Shown here one piece after another: positions 42,152-53,912 of a stretch of DNA of 64,000 nt; position 1 is the first letter of the stretch, and each line of letters begins with the position of its first letter. The position numbers and the translations under genes were made by a program. Under the pieces are notes generated by a model. The model had not been told where the DNA came from, did no database searches, and worked only from the letters and a program-made list of their open reading frames with translations. This DNA is from an uncultured Gemmatimonadales bacterium (GTDB lineage Bacteria; Gemmatimonadota; Gemmatimonadetes; Gemmatimonadales; GWC2-71-9). The DNA is taken from NCBI GenBank assembly GCA_963842945.1, contig CAWJIM010000020.1, positions 64,001 to 128,000 on the forward strand. The letters are read 5' to 3'.

Positions 42152-43331
42152 GCAGGCCCTCTGGACGCTGCTTGCGGCGGGGCTGATCGCCTGCGGCGAC
42201 GATCCCCCGGTCCAGCCCACGGTCCCCACGACCATGAGTGTTGCCGCAGGAGGAAACAACGTTCCCGAGCGATACAGCTCGGATTTGTGGGTCTTCGGAA
42301 ACCACGCGTATACGGGTACCTGGAACTTCCGGGAAGAGCAGGGCAACGTCCTGAAGGTCTGGACTCTCGATGCCGCGGGCGCACCGTCCTTCACCAGCTC
42401 GGTGACAATTCCCAATGTCGGCACCGTCAGCGATGTCCAGGTCAGCGAAGATGGTCAGTTGCTGGTACTGAGCGGCGAGAGTGGGGGAGACTTTGGGCAG
42501 GACGGGGGAGTCTACGTCTACCGCCTGACCGATCCCGCACATCCCGATTTCATGGGCGCTGCCAGCGTTCCGTTCGGGGGGGTTCACACGGTTACGCTCG
42601 CCGCTCTCGATGGTCAGCTGTACGCCTTCGCCGCAAAGAATCCAGGATCCATCGGGTCGGACACAGAGAACGAGCCGGCGCTTCTGATCTACAATCTGAG
42701 CGATCCCTCATCGCCTAGACTGGTGCACCGTGAGCCCATTCCTCCGCATTACGGCATTCATGATACCTTCGTTCGTGACGGCCTGGCCTTCGTGTTCGCC
42801 TGGGATGAAGGCGTCATCATTTTTGATGTCGGGAACGGTATTCGGGGAGGCTCGCCGTCAGCGCCGGTAGAAGTGAGCCGCCTGATCACCGCGGCAAACA
42901 GCAGCAGCAGCCCGGCGGTGCACAACGGCTGGTGGTTCCACAATCCCGTCACGGGAGAGAAGCGCTACCTGTTCATCGGCCAGGAGGGTCCGGGTGTTAT
43001 CGGATCCCGCTCCAGCGGCGATATCCACGTGGTGGATGTCTCGGACCTCGCCCATCCGGCCGAGGTGGCCTTCTTCCACCTCAACGGCGCGGGAACCCAC
43101 AACTTCTGGATCGACGAGCCGAGACAGGTGCTCTATGCCGCGTATTACAACGCGGGCGTAGTGGCGCTGGACATTTCGGGCACTCTGAGCGGCGATCTGT
43201 CCGGACGACTCCTGAGCCAGATCAAACCCGGTGAGGCAGGGAACACGTACACCTGGGGCGTGCAGCTGGCGAATGGGTCGCTCTACGCTATCGACATGCT
43301 GAGTGGGCTCTGGCAGCTGAAGACGCAATAG
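42132..43331 (+). CDS. LVIVD-repeat beta-propeller lipoprotein
   Basis: Lipobox LIAC; repeats LLIYNLSDPSSP, VIIFDVGN, IHVVDVSDLAHP, VVALDISG. Confidence 0.75.
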   Translation: MISTINRQALWTLLAAGLIACGDDPPVQPTVPTTMSVAAGGNNVPERYSSDLWVFGNHAYTGTWNFREEQGNVLKVWTLDAAGAPSFTSSVTIPNVGTVSDVQVSEDGQLLVLSGESGGDFGQDGGVYVYRLTDPAHPDFMGAASVPFGGVHTVTLAALDGQLYAFAAKNPGSIGSDTENEPALLIYNLSDPSSPRLVHREPIPPHYGIHDTFVRDGLAFVFAWDEGVIIFDVGNGIRGGSPSAPVEVSRLITAANSSSSPAVHNGWWFHNPVTGEKRYLFIGQEGPGVIGSRSSGDIHVVDVSDLAHPAEVAFFHLNGAGTHNFWIDEPRQVLYAAYYNAGVVALDISGTLSGDLSGRLLSQIKPGEAGNTYTWGVQLANGSLYAIDMLSGLWQLKTQ

Positions 43332-43336
43332 GCGGC

Positions 43337-45347
43337 CTAGAGGGTCGAGCGGAGTTGCGGGCTTGCTCGTCTCCGCTGCTTCCGCTCGTGCCGGTCGTTT
43401 CCGCTTGCGGGGGCCATCCAGGCGTTGTTTTCCCGGCGCACATCGGGGTAGAAGTTCCGGGTATCGATGGCCGCGCCTACTACACGCTGGGGACCCGGCA
43501 CCTGCAGTGTGTACTGGGATCCGGCGTACCAGATCTCCACCGGCAGGCTCAGGTGCTGGGAAGCGCCGCCCTCCATTCGGAGGTCCAGCTCGACCGGCAT
43601 CGGCATGGCCGTGACGCTGCGCAGGAAAACCCGGGACAGCACCACCCCCGCCGAATCGATCGACCTCACCGAGTCTACCGCCTGATCCAATCGCTCAGTG
43701 GTGTAGAACCAGGACCGCCAGAACCAGCTCAGGTCTTCGCCCACGCCATCCTCGATGCTGCGGAAGAAGTCCGCCGGGGTGGGATGTCTATAAGCCCAGC
43801 GGCGGATGTATTCCCGAAACGCCGGATCGAACCGTTCCCGGCCGATGATTCTATCCCGCAGGAGGATGAGGCCGAGCCCGGGCTTGGTGTAGGCGGTGAC
43901 GCTGAGATTACCCCGAATCTGGTCGGCCGGCCTCATGATCGGCTCTTCCTGGCCGCTCAGCGCGAAGGGGATGTAGATGTTGGGGTTCCCCCGCCGATTG
44001 TAGGTGCCGGGATACTTCTTCTCCCAGTTGTAGTAGTTCATGAAGGTGTTGAACCCTTCATCCATCCAGGCGTATCGCCGCTCGTTGTTGCCGACCACCA
44101 TGGGATACCAGGTGTGGCCGATCTCGTGGTCGGTCACGCTGAACAACGCCGGCCCGTCAGTCCGATTGTGGCAGAACACGATCATCGGGTATTCCATCCC
44201 ACCCTCGATGCCATTCACGTTGATGGCGGCCGGATAGGGATAGCGGTACCACGAGGAGTAGTTCTCGATGGCGAACCGGATGTACTGGGTGGACTGGTTC
44301 CAAATGGGCTCTGCCGAGGGCGGATAGAAGCTCATGGCCAGCGTCCGGCCCCCGTTGGCCCGAGCGGCGTCCCAGACGAAGTGCCGGGCGGCGGCCCAGG
44401 CAAAATCGCGTACGCTGTCCGCGGTAAAGCGCCAGGTCAGCGTCCCGGTGGGAGAGACTGGACGCGACGCCGGATCGCTCACCTCATTCTTGCCGCGGAT
44501 GACCACGGTCGAGTCGCTGGCGCGGGCTCGGCTGAGCCGGCTGCGCTGAGTTGCGGTCAGGACCTGAGCCGGGTTCTGCAGCGTCCCGGTGGCGGCAACC
44601 AGCATGCTGCTGGGGACGGTCAGACTGACGTCGAAGCTTCCGTACTCCAGGTAGAACTCGCCCTGGCCGAGGTATTGCTCGGTGTTCCATCCCCGCACGT
44701 CGTCGTACACCGCAAGGCGTGGGTACCACTGGGCTACCTCGTAGACGTAGCTCCCATCGATTTGCTCGATTCCCATTCGGTTGCTGTTGGGTCCAAAGGG
44801 AAAAGACCAGCCGATCTCCAGCACCTCGCGCCCGCGGGGAGGCAATGGGCGGGGGAGATCCACCCGCATCATCGTGCCGTTGACCACGTATTTGAGGGCG
44901 GTGGCCGGTCGCGGCCGAGGATTTTGCTGCAGCTACCCTGGTCAGGGTAACTCCGCCCTTGGCACCGGCGGTCCCGAACCGGGAGTTCTGATCGAAGATC
45001 AGGGATCCGCGGCTGGAGCTGTTGAACAGGTTCTGGTCCAGCTGCAGCCAGAGATAGCGCAGGGTATCGGGGGAACGGTTCGAATAGGTGATGCGCTCCT
45101 CCCCGGTAACCGTCTGGGCCGCCGTATCGAGGGAAGCCTGGATCACGTAATCCACCCGCTGCTGCCAGTATTCGGGGCCGGGCGCGCCGGCGCCGGTGCG
45201 CAGCCGATTGGGGGCGGGCAGCTCGAGCCGGCGGAAGGGGGAGCGATCGCCCCGGTCGAAAGCGGAGTCGGTCGGTGACGGTGCCGCCGCCTGCTGCTGC
45301 GCGGCGAGCTGCGCGGTGGCCAACAGGCTCAGGAGAAGCATTCGCAT
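43337..45347 (-). CDS. Secreted M1-family metalloaminopeptidase (frameshift near 44900)
   Basis: GGMEYP, HEIGH...WMDEGFN, YWQQRVDY. Confidence 0.9.
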
Positions 45348-45354
45348 GAGAATT

Positions 45355-47427
45355 CTACGGGGTGGCGGTGGCGGCGGGTCGTCTCCAGATATCGTTCGTA
45401 GTGAGCGCGTCGGGAAGGGTGCCATCCGGGTTGACCCGGGCGCTCACGATGGTCTTGCCGGGCTTGATCTCATAGACGTACCGGTTCCCTCCGTACCAGA
45501 CTTCGACCGGCAGCTTCACCACATCCCTTGTCCCGTCTTCAAAGCCGAGCTCCAGCTCCACCGGCATTACGGCGTCGCCCAGGTTCACCAATGTCACCTG
45601 AGCGCCGCCGGCGGAGTCAGGTTTCACACTCTCCACCGACTGGTCCAGGGCCGCGGTGGTATAAAAGAACCCGCGCCAGAACCACGACAGGTCCCGGCCA
45701 GATATCTCTTCGATGGTTCGGAAGAAATCGCCGGGCTGAGGGTGCTTGAAGGCCCAGCGGCGGGTGTATTCCCGAAATGCGCTATCGAACACCTGAGCGC
45801 CAAGCACCTTGTTGCGAAGCGTCAGCAGCTCGATGCTCGGCTTGACGTATGCCAGGCTCAGGAGATTGTCACTGGTGCGGTAGCGATTAGCCGGCGTGAG
45901 GATCGGCTGGGCGGTGGGCATCTGATCTATTCCGATGATGAGCTCCCTTTCCCGCTGCCGTACCGCCGCATCGTTCCGCTTCCAGTATGACTCCTCCGAG
46001 AAGGTGTTGATGAAGGTGTTGAACCCCTCATCCATCCAGGCGTAGCGGCGCTCATCGGAGCCCACCACCATGGGGTACCACATGTGGCCGATCTCGTGAG
46101 TCAACACATTGTAGAGATCGGGGCCGCTTTCACCCCTGGCTTCCATGGCCACCATAGGGTATTCCATGCCGGAAACAGGTCCTTCGACCGCCGAAATCTG
46201 CGGGTAGGGATAACTGAACCAGCGGCTACTGTACTCCTGGATGGAAAAGCGGCTCATCTTGGCCGCATCCTTCCAGGTGTCCACTGCACTCGGGCGGTAA
46301 TACGCCTGCGCCAGGACTCCCTCCCACCGCGCGGCATCCCACACATAATCCGGCGAGGCCGCCCAGGCGGCGTCGCGAACATTATCGGCCTTGAAGCGCC
46401 AGGTGAGCGACCCGTCTTTCACCGGGCGTGCTGCACCCGAGCTCAGCTCAGGGGCCGTGACGATATGGATGGTGGTGTCGGACTTGAGCGCGGTGGCGAG
46501 GCGGCCCCGCTGGGCCGTGGTCAGGACGTCAGCCGGATTCTGCAGCACGCCGGTCCCCGCCACGATGTACCCGGCCGGAACGGTTACCTCATACTCGATA
46601 TTGCCATACTCGAGATAGAACTCGCCCTGACCGAGATACTGATCGGTATTCCACCCGTGCACGTCGTCATACACCGCCAGCCGGGGGTACCACTGGGCGA
46701 TCTCGTACAAGCTGCCATCCCGCCCCATCCGGTCGGCGCCGTGCTCCGGAATGTTGAAGCCGTAGCTCAGCTCCAGAATGGTCTTGCCGCCCGGCGGCAG
46801 GGGGCTGGCCAGTTCCAGGTACATCATGGTGTCGTCCACTCTGGTTCGCAGCGGCGCCGGCCCGCATCGAGGCGGGACCTTGGCCGGAGCCTGGGCTCGG
46901 CGCTTCCGCCGGCTCGGTGGCGGTGCTTTGCCGGAGGGCTCCTGCGGAGCGCTGCACTGGATGATGGAATCGATCTCGAACCCGCCAGAGAACCCGGCTC
47001 CTCCAAACCGACTCTCGGAGGCGAACAGCAGAGATCCTGTGCTGCCGGTGCGAAAAAGATTCTGATCCAGCTGAAGCCAGAGAAATCCGAGCGTGTCCGG
47101 AGAGTTGTTGCTGTAGCGAATGATCTCGGAACCGGTGAGCCGTTTGGCCGAGGTGTCCAGAGTCGCCCGAATCTGATAATCCACCCGCTGCTGCCAGTAC
47201 TTCGGTCCGGGGCTGCCGTTGGGGCGGCGAATCTCGTTACCGGGAGGGAGGCGGAGTGGACTGAAGATCCCGGTATCGGCCACCGGAGGCCGCAGGGTCG
47301 GCAGAGTCAGCGGCCGAGCCGTCTGAATCGGTGCTGGAGAGTCCGGCTGTTGGGCCGCCGGATTACCCTGGCCGAGCAGGGCGACCGGCAGCATGACCAG
47401 GATCGGGATGGAGACTACGGTACGCAT
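45355..47427 (-). CDS. Secreted M1-family metalloaminopeptidase
   Basis: SGMEYP, HEIGH...WMDEGFN, signal peptide. Confidence 0.92.
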   Translation of the reverse strand: MRTVVSIPILVMLPVALLGQGNPAAQQPDSPAPIQTARPLTLPTLRPPVADTGIFSPLRLPPGNEIRRPNGSPGPKYWQQRVDYQIRATLDTSAKRLTGSEIIRYSNNSPDTLGFLWLQLDQNLFRTGSTGSLLFASESRFGGAGFSGGFEIDSIIQCSAPQEPSGKAPPPSRRKRRAQAPAKVPPRCGPAPLRTRVDDTMMYLELASPLPPGGKTILELSYGFNIPEHGADRMGRDGSLYEIAQWYPRLAVYDDVHGWNTDQYLGQGEFYLEYGNIEYEVTVPAGYIVAGTGVLQNPADVLTTAQRGRLATALKSDTTIHIVTAPELSSGAARPVKDGSLTWRFKADNVRDAAWAASPDYVWDAARWEGVLAQAYYRPSAVDTWKDAAKMSRFSIQEYSSRWFSYPYPQISAVEGPVSGMEYPMVAMEARGESGPDLYNVLTHEIGHMWYPMVVGSDERRYAWMDEGFNTFINTFSEESYWKRNDAAVRQRERELIIGIDQMPTAQPILTPANRYRTSDNLLSLAYVKPSIELLTLRNKVLGAQVFDSAFREYTRRWAFKHPQPGDFFRTIEEISGRDLSWFWRGFFYTTAALDQSVESVKPDSAGGAQVTLVNLGDAVMPVELELGFEDGTRDVVKLPVEVWYGGNRYVYEIKPGKTIVSARVNPDGTLPDALTTNDIWRRPAATATP

Positions 47428-47440
47428 ACAGGCGTCGTGG

Positions 47441-48001
47441 TTAGAGCTTGGGCAGTGTCACCCCGGTTTGCTTCTGGTACTTGCCCTTTTTATCAGCATA
47501 GCTGGTCTCGCAGACGTCGTCCGCGTCGGCCTCAAAGAAGAGGACCTGGCAGATCCCTTCGTTGGCGTAAATCTTGGCGGGCAGGGGAGTGGTATTGCTG
47601 ATCTCCAGGGTGACATAGCCTTCCCATTCCGGCTCGAATGGGGTCACGTTGGTGATGATGCCGCACCGGGCATAGGTCGATTTCCCCACGCAGATGGTCA
47701 ATACGTTCCGCGGAATCCGGAAGTACTCCACCGAGCGGGCCAGCGCGAAGCTGTTGGGCGGCACGATGCAGACGTCCCCGTCGAATTTGACGAAGCTCCG
47801 GTCGTCGAAGTGCTTGGGGTCCACCACCGCGGACAGCACGTTGGTAAAGATGCGGAACTCGGGAGCGACCCGCATGTCGTAACCATAGGAGGACACGCCG
47901 TAGGAGATGGCGCCTTCCCGCACCTGGCCATCGACAAACGGTTCGATCATCCGGTGCTCACGGGCCATCCGGCGGATCCAGCGGTCGGATTTGATCGACA
48001 T
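47441..48001 (-). CDS. dcd: dCTP deaminase
   Basis: [46 protein letters not shown]. Confidence 0.95.
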   Translation of the reverse strand: MSIKSDRWIRRMAREHRMIEPFVDGQVREGAISYGVSSYGYDMRVAPEFRIFTNVLSAVVDPKHFDDRSFVKFDGDVCIVPPNSFALARSVEYFRIPRNVLTICVGKSTYARCGIITNVTPFEPEWEGYVTLEISNTTPLPAKIYANEGICQVLFFEADADDVCETSYADKKGKYQKQTGVTLPKL

Positions 48002-48149
48002 TATCCTCAGCGGGGAAGCCGAATGGGGCCGGCCGCTCATTGCCGGCGCGCGGGGCAGCGGCAAGATGAACCGCCGCCCGGGGGAACAGGGGCGGAATAT
48101 AGTACCGTAGGGCAGCGGCGCGACGCGGCTGGGACTGGCCCGGGGCAGG

Positions 48150-49147
48150 TCAGTCGCGGAGGCTTCGAACGCTGGCCAGCTCGCCGGAAGGCCCGGCCGG
48201 CCTTGGCCGTCGCGGCTGGTTCGCGCGCGGAAGTACTCCACCGTGTGGGTCAGTCCCTCTCGTCAGTGCGATTGTGGGTTCCCAGCCCAGCCACTCGCGG
48301 GCGCGGGTGATATCCGGTTTCCGCTGGGTGGGATCGTCCTGGGGCAGTGGGCGGTAGGTCACCCGGATGTCTGCCGCCAACGATGCGGAAGACCTCATCG
48401 GCCAGCTGCCGGATGGTGAACTCGACCGGGTTGCCCAGGTTGACCGGCTCGTGTGCGTCCTTCCGCCGGCCATCAGCCGGATCAAGTCCGTCCACCAGCT
48501 CGTCCACGTAGCAGAAGGAGCGGGTCTGCTCGCCGGTGCCGTAGATGGTCAGCTCCTGACCCCGCAGCGCCTGCACGATGAAGTTGGAGACCACCCGGCC
48601 GTCGTTCTCCGCCATCCGGGGTCCGTAGGTATTGAAGATCCGGGCGATGCGGATGTCGATCTTGTCCTGCCGGTGGTAGTCCATCATCAGCGTCTCGGCG
48701 ACCCGTTTGCCCTCGTCGTAGCAGGAGCGGGGGCCGATCGGGTTCACGTTCCCCCAGTAGCTCTCGGGCTGGGGATGGACGCGTGGGGTCGCCATAGACT
48801 TCGGAGGTCGAGGCCTGGAGGATCCGGGCTCGGAGCCGCTTGGCCAGCACCAGCATGTTGATGGTGCCCAGCACGTTCGATTTGACGGTCTTGACCGGGT
48901 TGTACTGGTAATGAATCGGCGAGGCCGGGCAGGCCAGGTTGTAGATCTGGTCGACCTCGAGAAGAGCGGCTCGGTGACGTCGTGCCGGAGGACCTCGAAG
49001 CTGGTGGCTGTCGAGCAGGTGCTCGATGTTCTCTCTGCGACCGGTGAAGAAGTTGTCCAGGCAGACGACGTCGTGGCCCTCTGCGAGGAGCCGTTCGCAG
49101 AGATGGGAGCCGATGAACCCGGCGCCGCCGGTCACGAGGATGCGCAT
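48150..49147 (-). CDS. UDP-glucuronate decarboxylase-like SDR enzyme (frameshifted)
   Basis: [55 protein letters not shown]. Confidence 0.9.
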
Positions 49148-49395
49148 GGTCCTGACCGAGTGTCGAGGGTGGATGCCGAAGCCATCGTGTGTGCACTCGG
49201 ACGGGCTCCGGGCTCAACAGTGAAAGCTAAACAACAGTATCGTCAATGAGCCTATAAGGAAATGCTAGCGATCTGAAGGCTGACGTATTCTGCCCTCGAC
49301 GTTTGCTACCCGGCCACAACCTATGGGACGAGCTCGCGGCAGAGCCGTCACGGCATTCATGTGGCTCGTCCTGCCAGTGTATGTCACTTGTCGTG

Positions 49396-50486
49396 CTAGC
49401 AGCATAGGGGTGCGGTGAGGTAGCATCTTCGGGCGCGCCAGTTACCTTGATCAGCTGAAAGCCAACAGCACTCGACCGGGAGCTTAGCTGGCCAAGGCGA
49501 CTCCGAGTCGGCTAAGGCCCTGTCGCAGGTGAACTCCTGAGGGGTTGCTTTCCCAAGCTCGCCGATCTTCTCCTCGACAATGTAGAGCGGACGCTGCTTC
49601 ACCTCGAGGAAGATGCGGGCCACGTATTCGCCCATGACACCCAAAGCGAGCAGTTGAACTCCTCCGAGCAACGACAAGAAGGCGAGGCGAGGGTGGGCCG
49701 GCCCAGGCACGGGCGTGCCGAACGCCAGTCGCTGGATGACCACCACCAGGAAATAGACGAGGGAGAGCATCGAGATGGCTATGCCCAGCATCGAGATCAA
49801 GCGCAGCGGTTTCCGTCGAGAGCAAGAGCACGAAGACTTGATCGCGAAATTCATCTGCCGCCAGTAACTGTAGTTCGTCCGGCCTGCGTGACGGACCCGG
49901 AGCTCACCAAGACCTTAGTGGTTGGAAGGCCGATGACGCTCACCAGCCCGGTGATGCTGGATCTCGCTCCCGGAATCTGGCAGAGCTCGTCCACAGCGCG
50001 GCGACTCATGACGCGGAACATGCTGGTGTTGAAGTCGGCGTCGTCGCTGAATGCGAGAGCGAGTTTATCAGCCGGACGATGGTGCGGGAAAACCAGTTGC
50101 GCAGCGCCGATTCGTTCTTCCGCTCCTTGACACCGTAGACCACCTTATACCCCTCCCGTAGCCTCACGTGAGCAGCGGGATGTCCTCGGGATGGTCCTGC
50201 AGGTCGCCGTCCATGACGACCACGGTATCCCCTCTCAGGACCGCAAGACCCGCGAGGACGGCGACGTGGTGGCCGAATGCATTGGAGAGCTTGAGTGCCT
50301 TGACCCTGGGGTCGGATCGGTGCAGCGACCGAAGCACCTCGAGCGTGTTGTCGCGGTTCAGATCAGTGGCGAAGATGATCTCGTGCTCGGCGGACATCGC
50401 TCTCGAGCACGGGGGTAAGGCGCGCGACCAGTGGGAGGTTCTCTGCCTCGTTTCCGGACGGGCACGACGACAGACAAGGCGCTCAT
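49396..50486 (-). CDS. GT2 polyprenyl-phosphate glycosyltransferase (ArnC/GtrB-like), heavily frameshifted
   Basis: MSALSVVVP, FGHHVAVLAGL, VMDGDLQDHPE, two C-terminal TM helices, GEYVARIFLEVKQRPLYIV. Confidence 0.75.
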
Positions 50487-51100
50487 GACGCTCCCTTGGG
50501 CCGCGCGGGGATGCCAATCACGAGCGCTCTCGAGGCCACGTTCCTGGTGACAACGGCTCCCGCCCCCACGATTGCCTCCTCGCCGACCTCGATGTCGGGA
50601 AGTAAGGTGGCGTTGGCACCTTCACGGCGGCCCGCACTGACACCCGCCCGAGGACCACCGCGTTCGGCGCGATGGTCGTATAATCCCCGACGACCGAGTC
50701 GTGCATGAGGTTTGCGGCGGCGTTCACCTTCACAAATTCCCCTATGCGCACTGACGTCGAGATGTGGGCAACAACTCTGCACCACCGTGCCTGGGCCGAT
50801 GCTCGCGCTCTTCGATATGACCGCCCTCGGGGACACGAGCGACCCCGGCCGGTATCCGAGCGACAGATAATACCCGGCTAGCCTCCGCCTCGTCGAAGGT
50901 GAGTCGGGAACGATCAGTACCGGCACGTCGCGGAGCAGGTCCGCCAGGCGGCGAGCGTCCTCGTCCCGCCCCAGGATCTTGTGGCCCATGAACTCCCCTT
51001 GCACGTGCTCATCGAAGATCCCGGCGATCTCGACGTCGCAAGTCTCGCACAGCTCTACCATCTCCTGGAACGCGCCGACAAGAACCATCCTGCGGGTCAT
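50483..51100 (-). CDS. NeuD/PglD-like sugar acetyltransferase (hexapeptide repeats), frameshifted
   Basis: LVSPRAVISKSASIGPGTVV, HDSVVGDY, IVGAGAVVTRNV, GIPAR. Confidence 0.8.
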   Translation of the reverse strand: MTRRMVLVGAFQEMVELCETCDVEIAGIFDEHVQGEFMGHKILGRDEDARRLADLLRDVPVLIVPDSPSTRRRLAGYYLSLGYRPGSLVSPRAVISKSASIGPGTVVQSCCPHLDVSAHRGICEGERRRKPHARLGRRGLYDHRAERGGPRAGVSAGRREGANATLLPDIEVGEEAIVGAGAVVTRNVASRALVIGIPARPKGAS

Positions 51101-52224
51101 CGGGTGGGCTCACGGAGAGTCCGGCACGGGAGAGACCTCGTCTGTGGAAGACGGCCGTACATCGGGAGAGTTACCAGGCTATCCGAAACGCGTTCGGTGT
51201 TCGGCAGCGGGCGGCGGTACTGCTCGAAGATCGAGAAACGATGCACCGCCGGATAGTGAATGCCCCGTTTGAATCTCATGCTCGTGATCCCCTCCCTGGA
51301 GGCGTCGCGGCGGGCGGCGTCGGCACCATATAGAATGAAACAGGAAATATGTAGTTCGATACCACGCCCTCGCGCCCGCCGAACGGAACCACGATCCAGC
51401 GGGCATCCGCAAGAGTTTCCAGATACCGGTGTCGGACGATGGTACTCCTCTGGTGTCATGAGTGAGCTTGCCGAGCTGGACGATGCCCAGGGCGGCGTAA
51501 TGTCATCCATCCGGTAGTTGTAACCGCTCTCGACCACGTCGTACCGGGTGCTGTGCCCGCTGGCTCGCTGATACGAGAGGGTGGTCATGCCGTGGGACCT
51601 CAGCAGTCGAGCCCGCTCAGCGAATTCGACATCACCGGTGACCAGCATTCCGCCCTCGCCGGTGCTGATGTTCTTATTGGAGAAGAAGCTGAAGCATCCG
51701 ACGTCGCCGATTGCTCCGAGCTTGCGTCCGCGGTACTCCGAGAGCGGTCCGTGGCAGGCATCCTCGACGACGCGCAATCCGTGGCTTCCGTGCGAGGTCA
51801 AGGATCCGGTCCATGTCGCACGGGAACCCTCCGTAGTGCATGACCACGATTGCGCGGGTCTTCTTCGTGATGAGCGACTCGATCTGTTCCGGGTCGATGT
51901 TCAGGTCGTCCGGTCCCCTGATATCGCAGAACACGGGCGTCGCCTGGACGTAGCGCACCGCGTTGACTGTGGCGACAAACGTCAACGAAGGCACGATACC
52001 TCGTCACCCTCCTGGACGCCCACGATTCGAAGCGCGAGATGAAGGGCAGAGGTGCAGTTCGCGACTGCGACGGCATTCTGGACGCCGAGTGCCTCCGCGA
52101 AGAGCCGCTCGAACTCGAGTGTCCGGGGACCGGTCGACAGCCATCGTGACCGGAGCGTCGCCAGCACGGCCTCCTCTTCCTCGTGGTCGTAGTTGAGGTC
52201 GAACAACGGAATGGAGTATGCCAC
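51097..52224 (-). CDS. DegT/DnrJ/EryC1/StrS aminotransferase (frameshifted)
   Basis: NCTSALHLAL, TFVATVNA, VEDACH, FSFFSNKNISTGEGG, GYNYRM. Confidence 0.88.
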
Positions 52225-52235
52225 AGCCGCCTCAG

Positions 52236-53214
52236 TCAGGAGGTGTAGAGTTCGGGCTTGTAGCGAGACTGATGGCGTTTCAGCCATCGATCGTCTCGCT
52301 GAGCCCCTGCTCGAGAGTGTGGAGCGGCCGCCATCCCGTCAGGCGGAGGATCTTCGCGTTGTCGCAGCGAAGACGCTCAACCTCGCTCCAGCGGGCCGCA
52401 CCCGTTGGTCGTCCTGAACGACGGTCACCTTTACCCCGAGGAGACGGGCAATCGTCTCCGCCAGCTCGCCGACGGAGATCTCAGTGTTGGTCCCTACATT
52501 CGTGATCTCGCCCACCGACGCATCGCTCCTGAGGATCTCGTGAAACCCCCGCGCCATATCTTTGACGAACGTCAGATCGCGGGTCGGGCTGAGACTGCCC
52601 AGGCGGACTTCGCGCATTCCGGAGAGGATCTGCACGGCGATAGTGGGCACGACGGCGCGTGCGGACTGCCGTGGACCGTAGGTGTTGAACGGTCGAACGA
52701 TCTTCACGGGGAGCCCGAAGGACCGGTGATAGCTGAGGGCAAGCTGGTCCGCGGCGATCTTGGTCGCGGAGTAGGGCGACTGGCCAACCAGCGGATGACG
52801 CTCGTCAACCGGGACGTACTGCGCGGTACCGTACGTTTCGCTGGTCGAGGTGACGATTACCTCGCCAAGAGAGAGCTGGCGGGCCGCTTCCAGCACATTG
52901 TAGGTGCCCTCGACGTTGGTCCGGACATATGATAGCGGGGACTCGTAGGAGTACGGGATGCCGATCAGCGCCGCGAGATGGAGGACCGCGTGACAGCCAT
53001 TCATCGCCCGATACATCGCAGCGAAGTCCCGCACGTCCCCCAGGACGACTTCGATATCCCTCGCGACCGGAGAGTCCTCGAGCCAGCCCCAGTCGTTCCT
53101 GGAGTTGTAATGGACGAGAGCGCGGACCCGGTGACCCTCCTCGACCAGCAGCTCGGTCAGGTGCGAGCCGATAAAGCCACCGGCTCCGGTAACCAGGACG
53201 GGGGACGCCATCAC
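52236..53214 (-). CDS. NAD-dependent NDP-sugar 4,6-dehydratase (LegB-like), 3' frameshift
   Basis: TGAGGFIGSHL, LAALIGIPYSY, TSTSETYG, QSPYSATK, RPFNTYGPRQSARA. Confidence 0.88.
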
Positions 53215-53912
53215 GGCTGCTTCCGAAAATGCGTGGTGTAGAAGTCCGAAGCCTTCTCGTAGTCGCTCAGGCGGCCAATGTCGAGCCAGTACTCCCGCAG
53301 ATCGTACTTGGCAACAGGCATACCTCGCGCGAGCATATCGGTGATGAGCAGATCCATACCGTAGTAGGTATCATCGGGGATCAGCTCCAAGATTTCCGGC
53401 TTCATGACGTAGATGCCGGCGAGGACATACATCACGATGTCCGGCTTCTCCTGGATGCCGGTCACGTAATCCCCGGAAAAAAAGATATTGCCGAAGGCGA
53501 AGGGCGTGATCTCCTTCTTGATTGCGATCGTGAGCATCGCATCCAAGGACTTCGCGACCGCCATGAGATCGCCGAAGTCGGCGAGGCTCAGGATGTCGCC
53601 GTTCATGACAATGAAGGGCTCGCGAAGCTCTTGCTTGAGGAGCGTGAGCGGGCCGGCCGTGCCCAGCGGCTTGTCTTCCTTGCTGACCCGGAGTCGAACG
53701 CCATAGCGGGAGCCGTCACCGAAGAACCGCTCGATGTAGTCCGACTTGTAGTTGGTCGCCAGGTACACATCGGTCACGCCGAACTTCCGAAGGCGTTCGA
53801 TCTGAATCTCCAGGACGGCCTTCTCTCCAATAGGCAGGAGTGGCTTGGGAATCGCCTCGGTGAAGGGTTTAAGCCGAGCTCCCAGGCCTCCCGCCAGGAT
53901 CACCGCCTTCAT
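53211..53912 (-). CDS. Sugar-phosphate nucleotidyltransferase
   Basis: AVILAGGLGARLKP..PKPLLP, EDKPLGTAG, MNGD, YWLDIG. Confidence 0.9.
   Translation of the reverse strand: MKAVILAGGLGARLKPFTEAIPKPLLPIGEKAVLEIQIERLRKFGVTDVYLATNYKSDYIERFFGDGSRYGVRLRVSKEDKPLGTAGPLTLLKQELREPFIVMNGDILSLADFGDLMAVAKSLDAMLTIAIKKEITPFAFGNIFFSGDYVTGIQEKPDIVMYVLAGIYVMKPEILELIPDDTYYGMDLLITDMLARGMPVAKYDLREYWLDIGRLSDYEKASDFYTTHFRKQP

Noticed and set aside
47441..48241. N-terminally extended dCTP deaminase
   Set aside because: The canonical start MSIKSDRWI is at 48001. The extension is the frameshifted tail of the upstream gene plus intergenic DNA.
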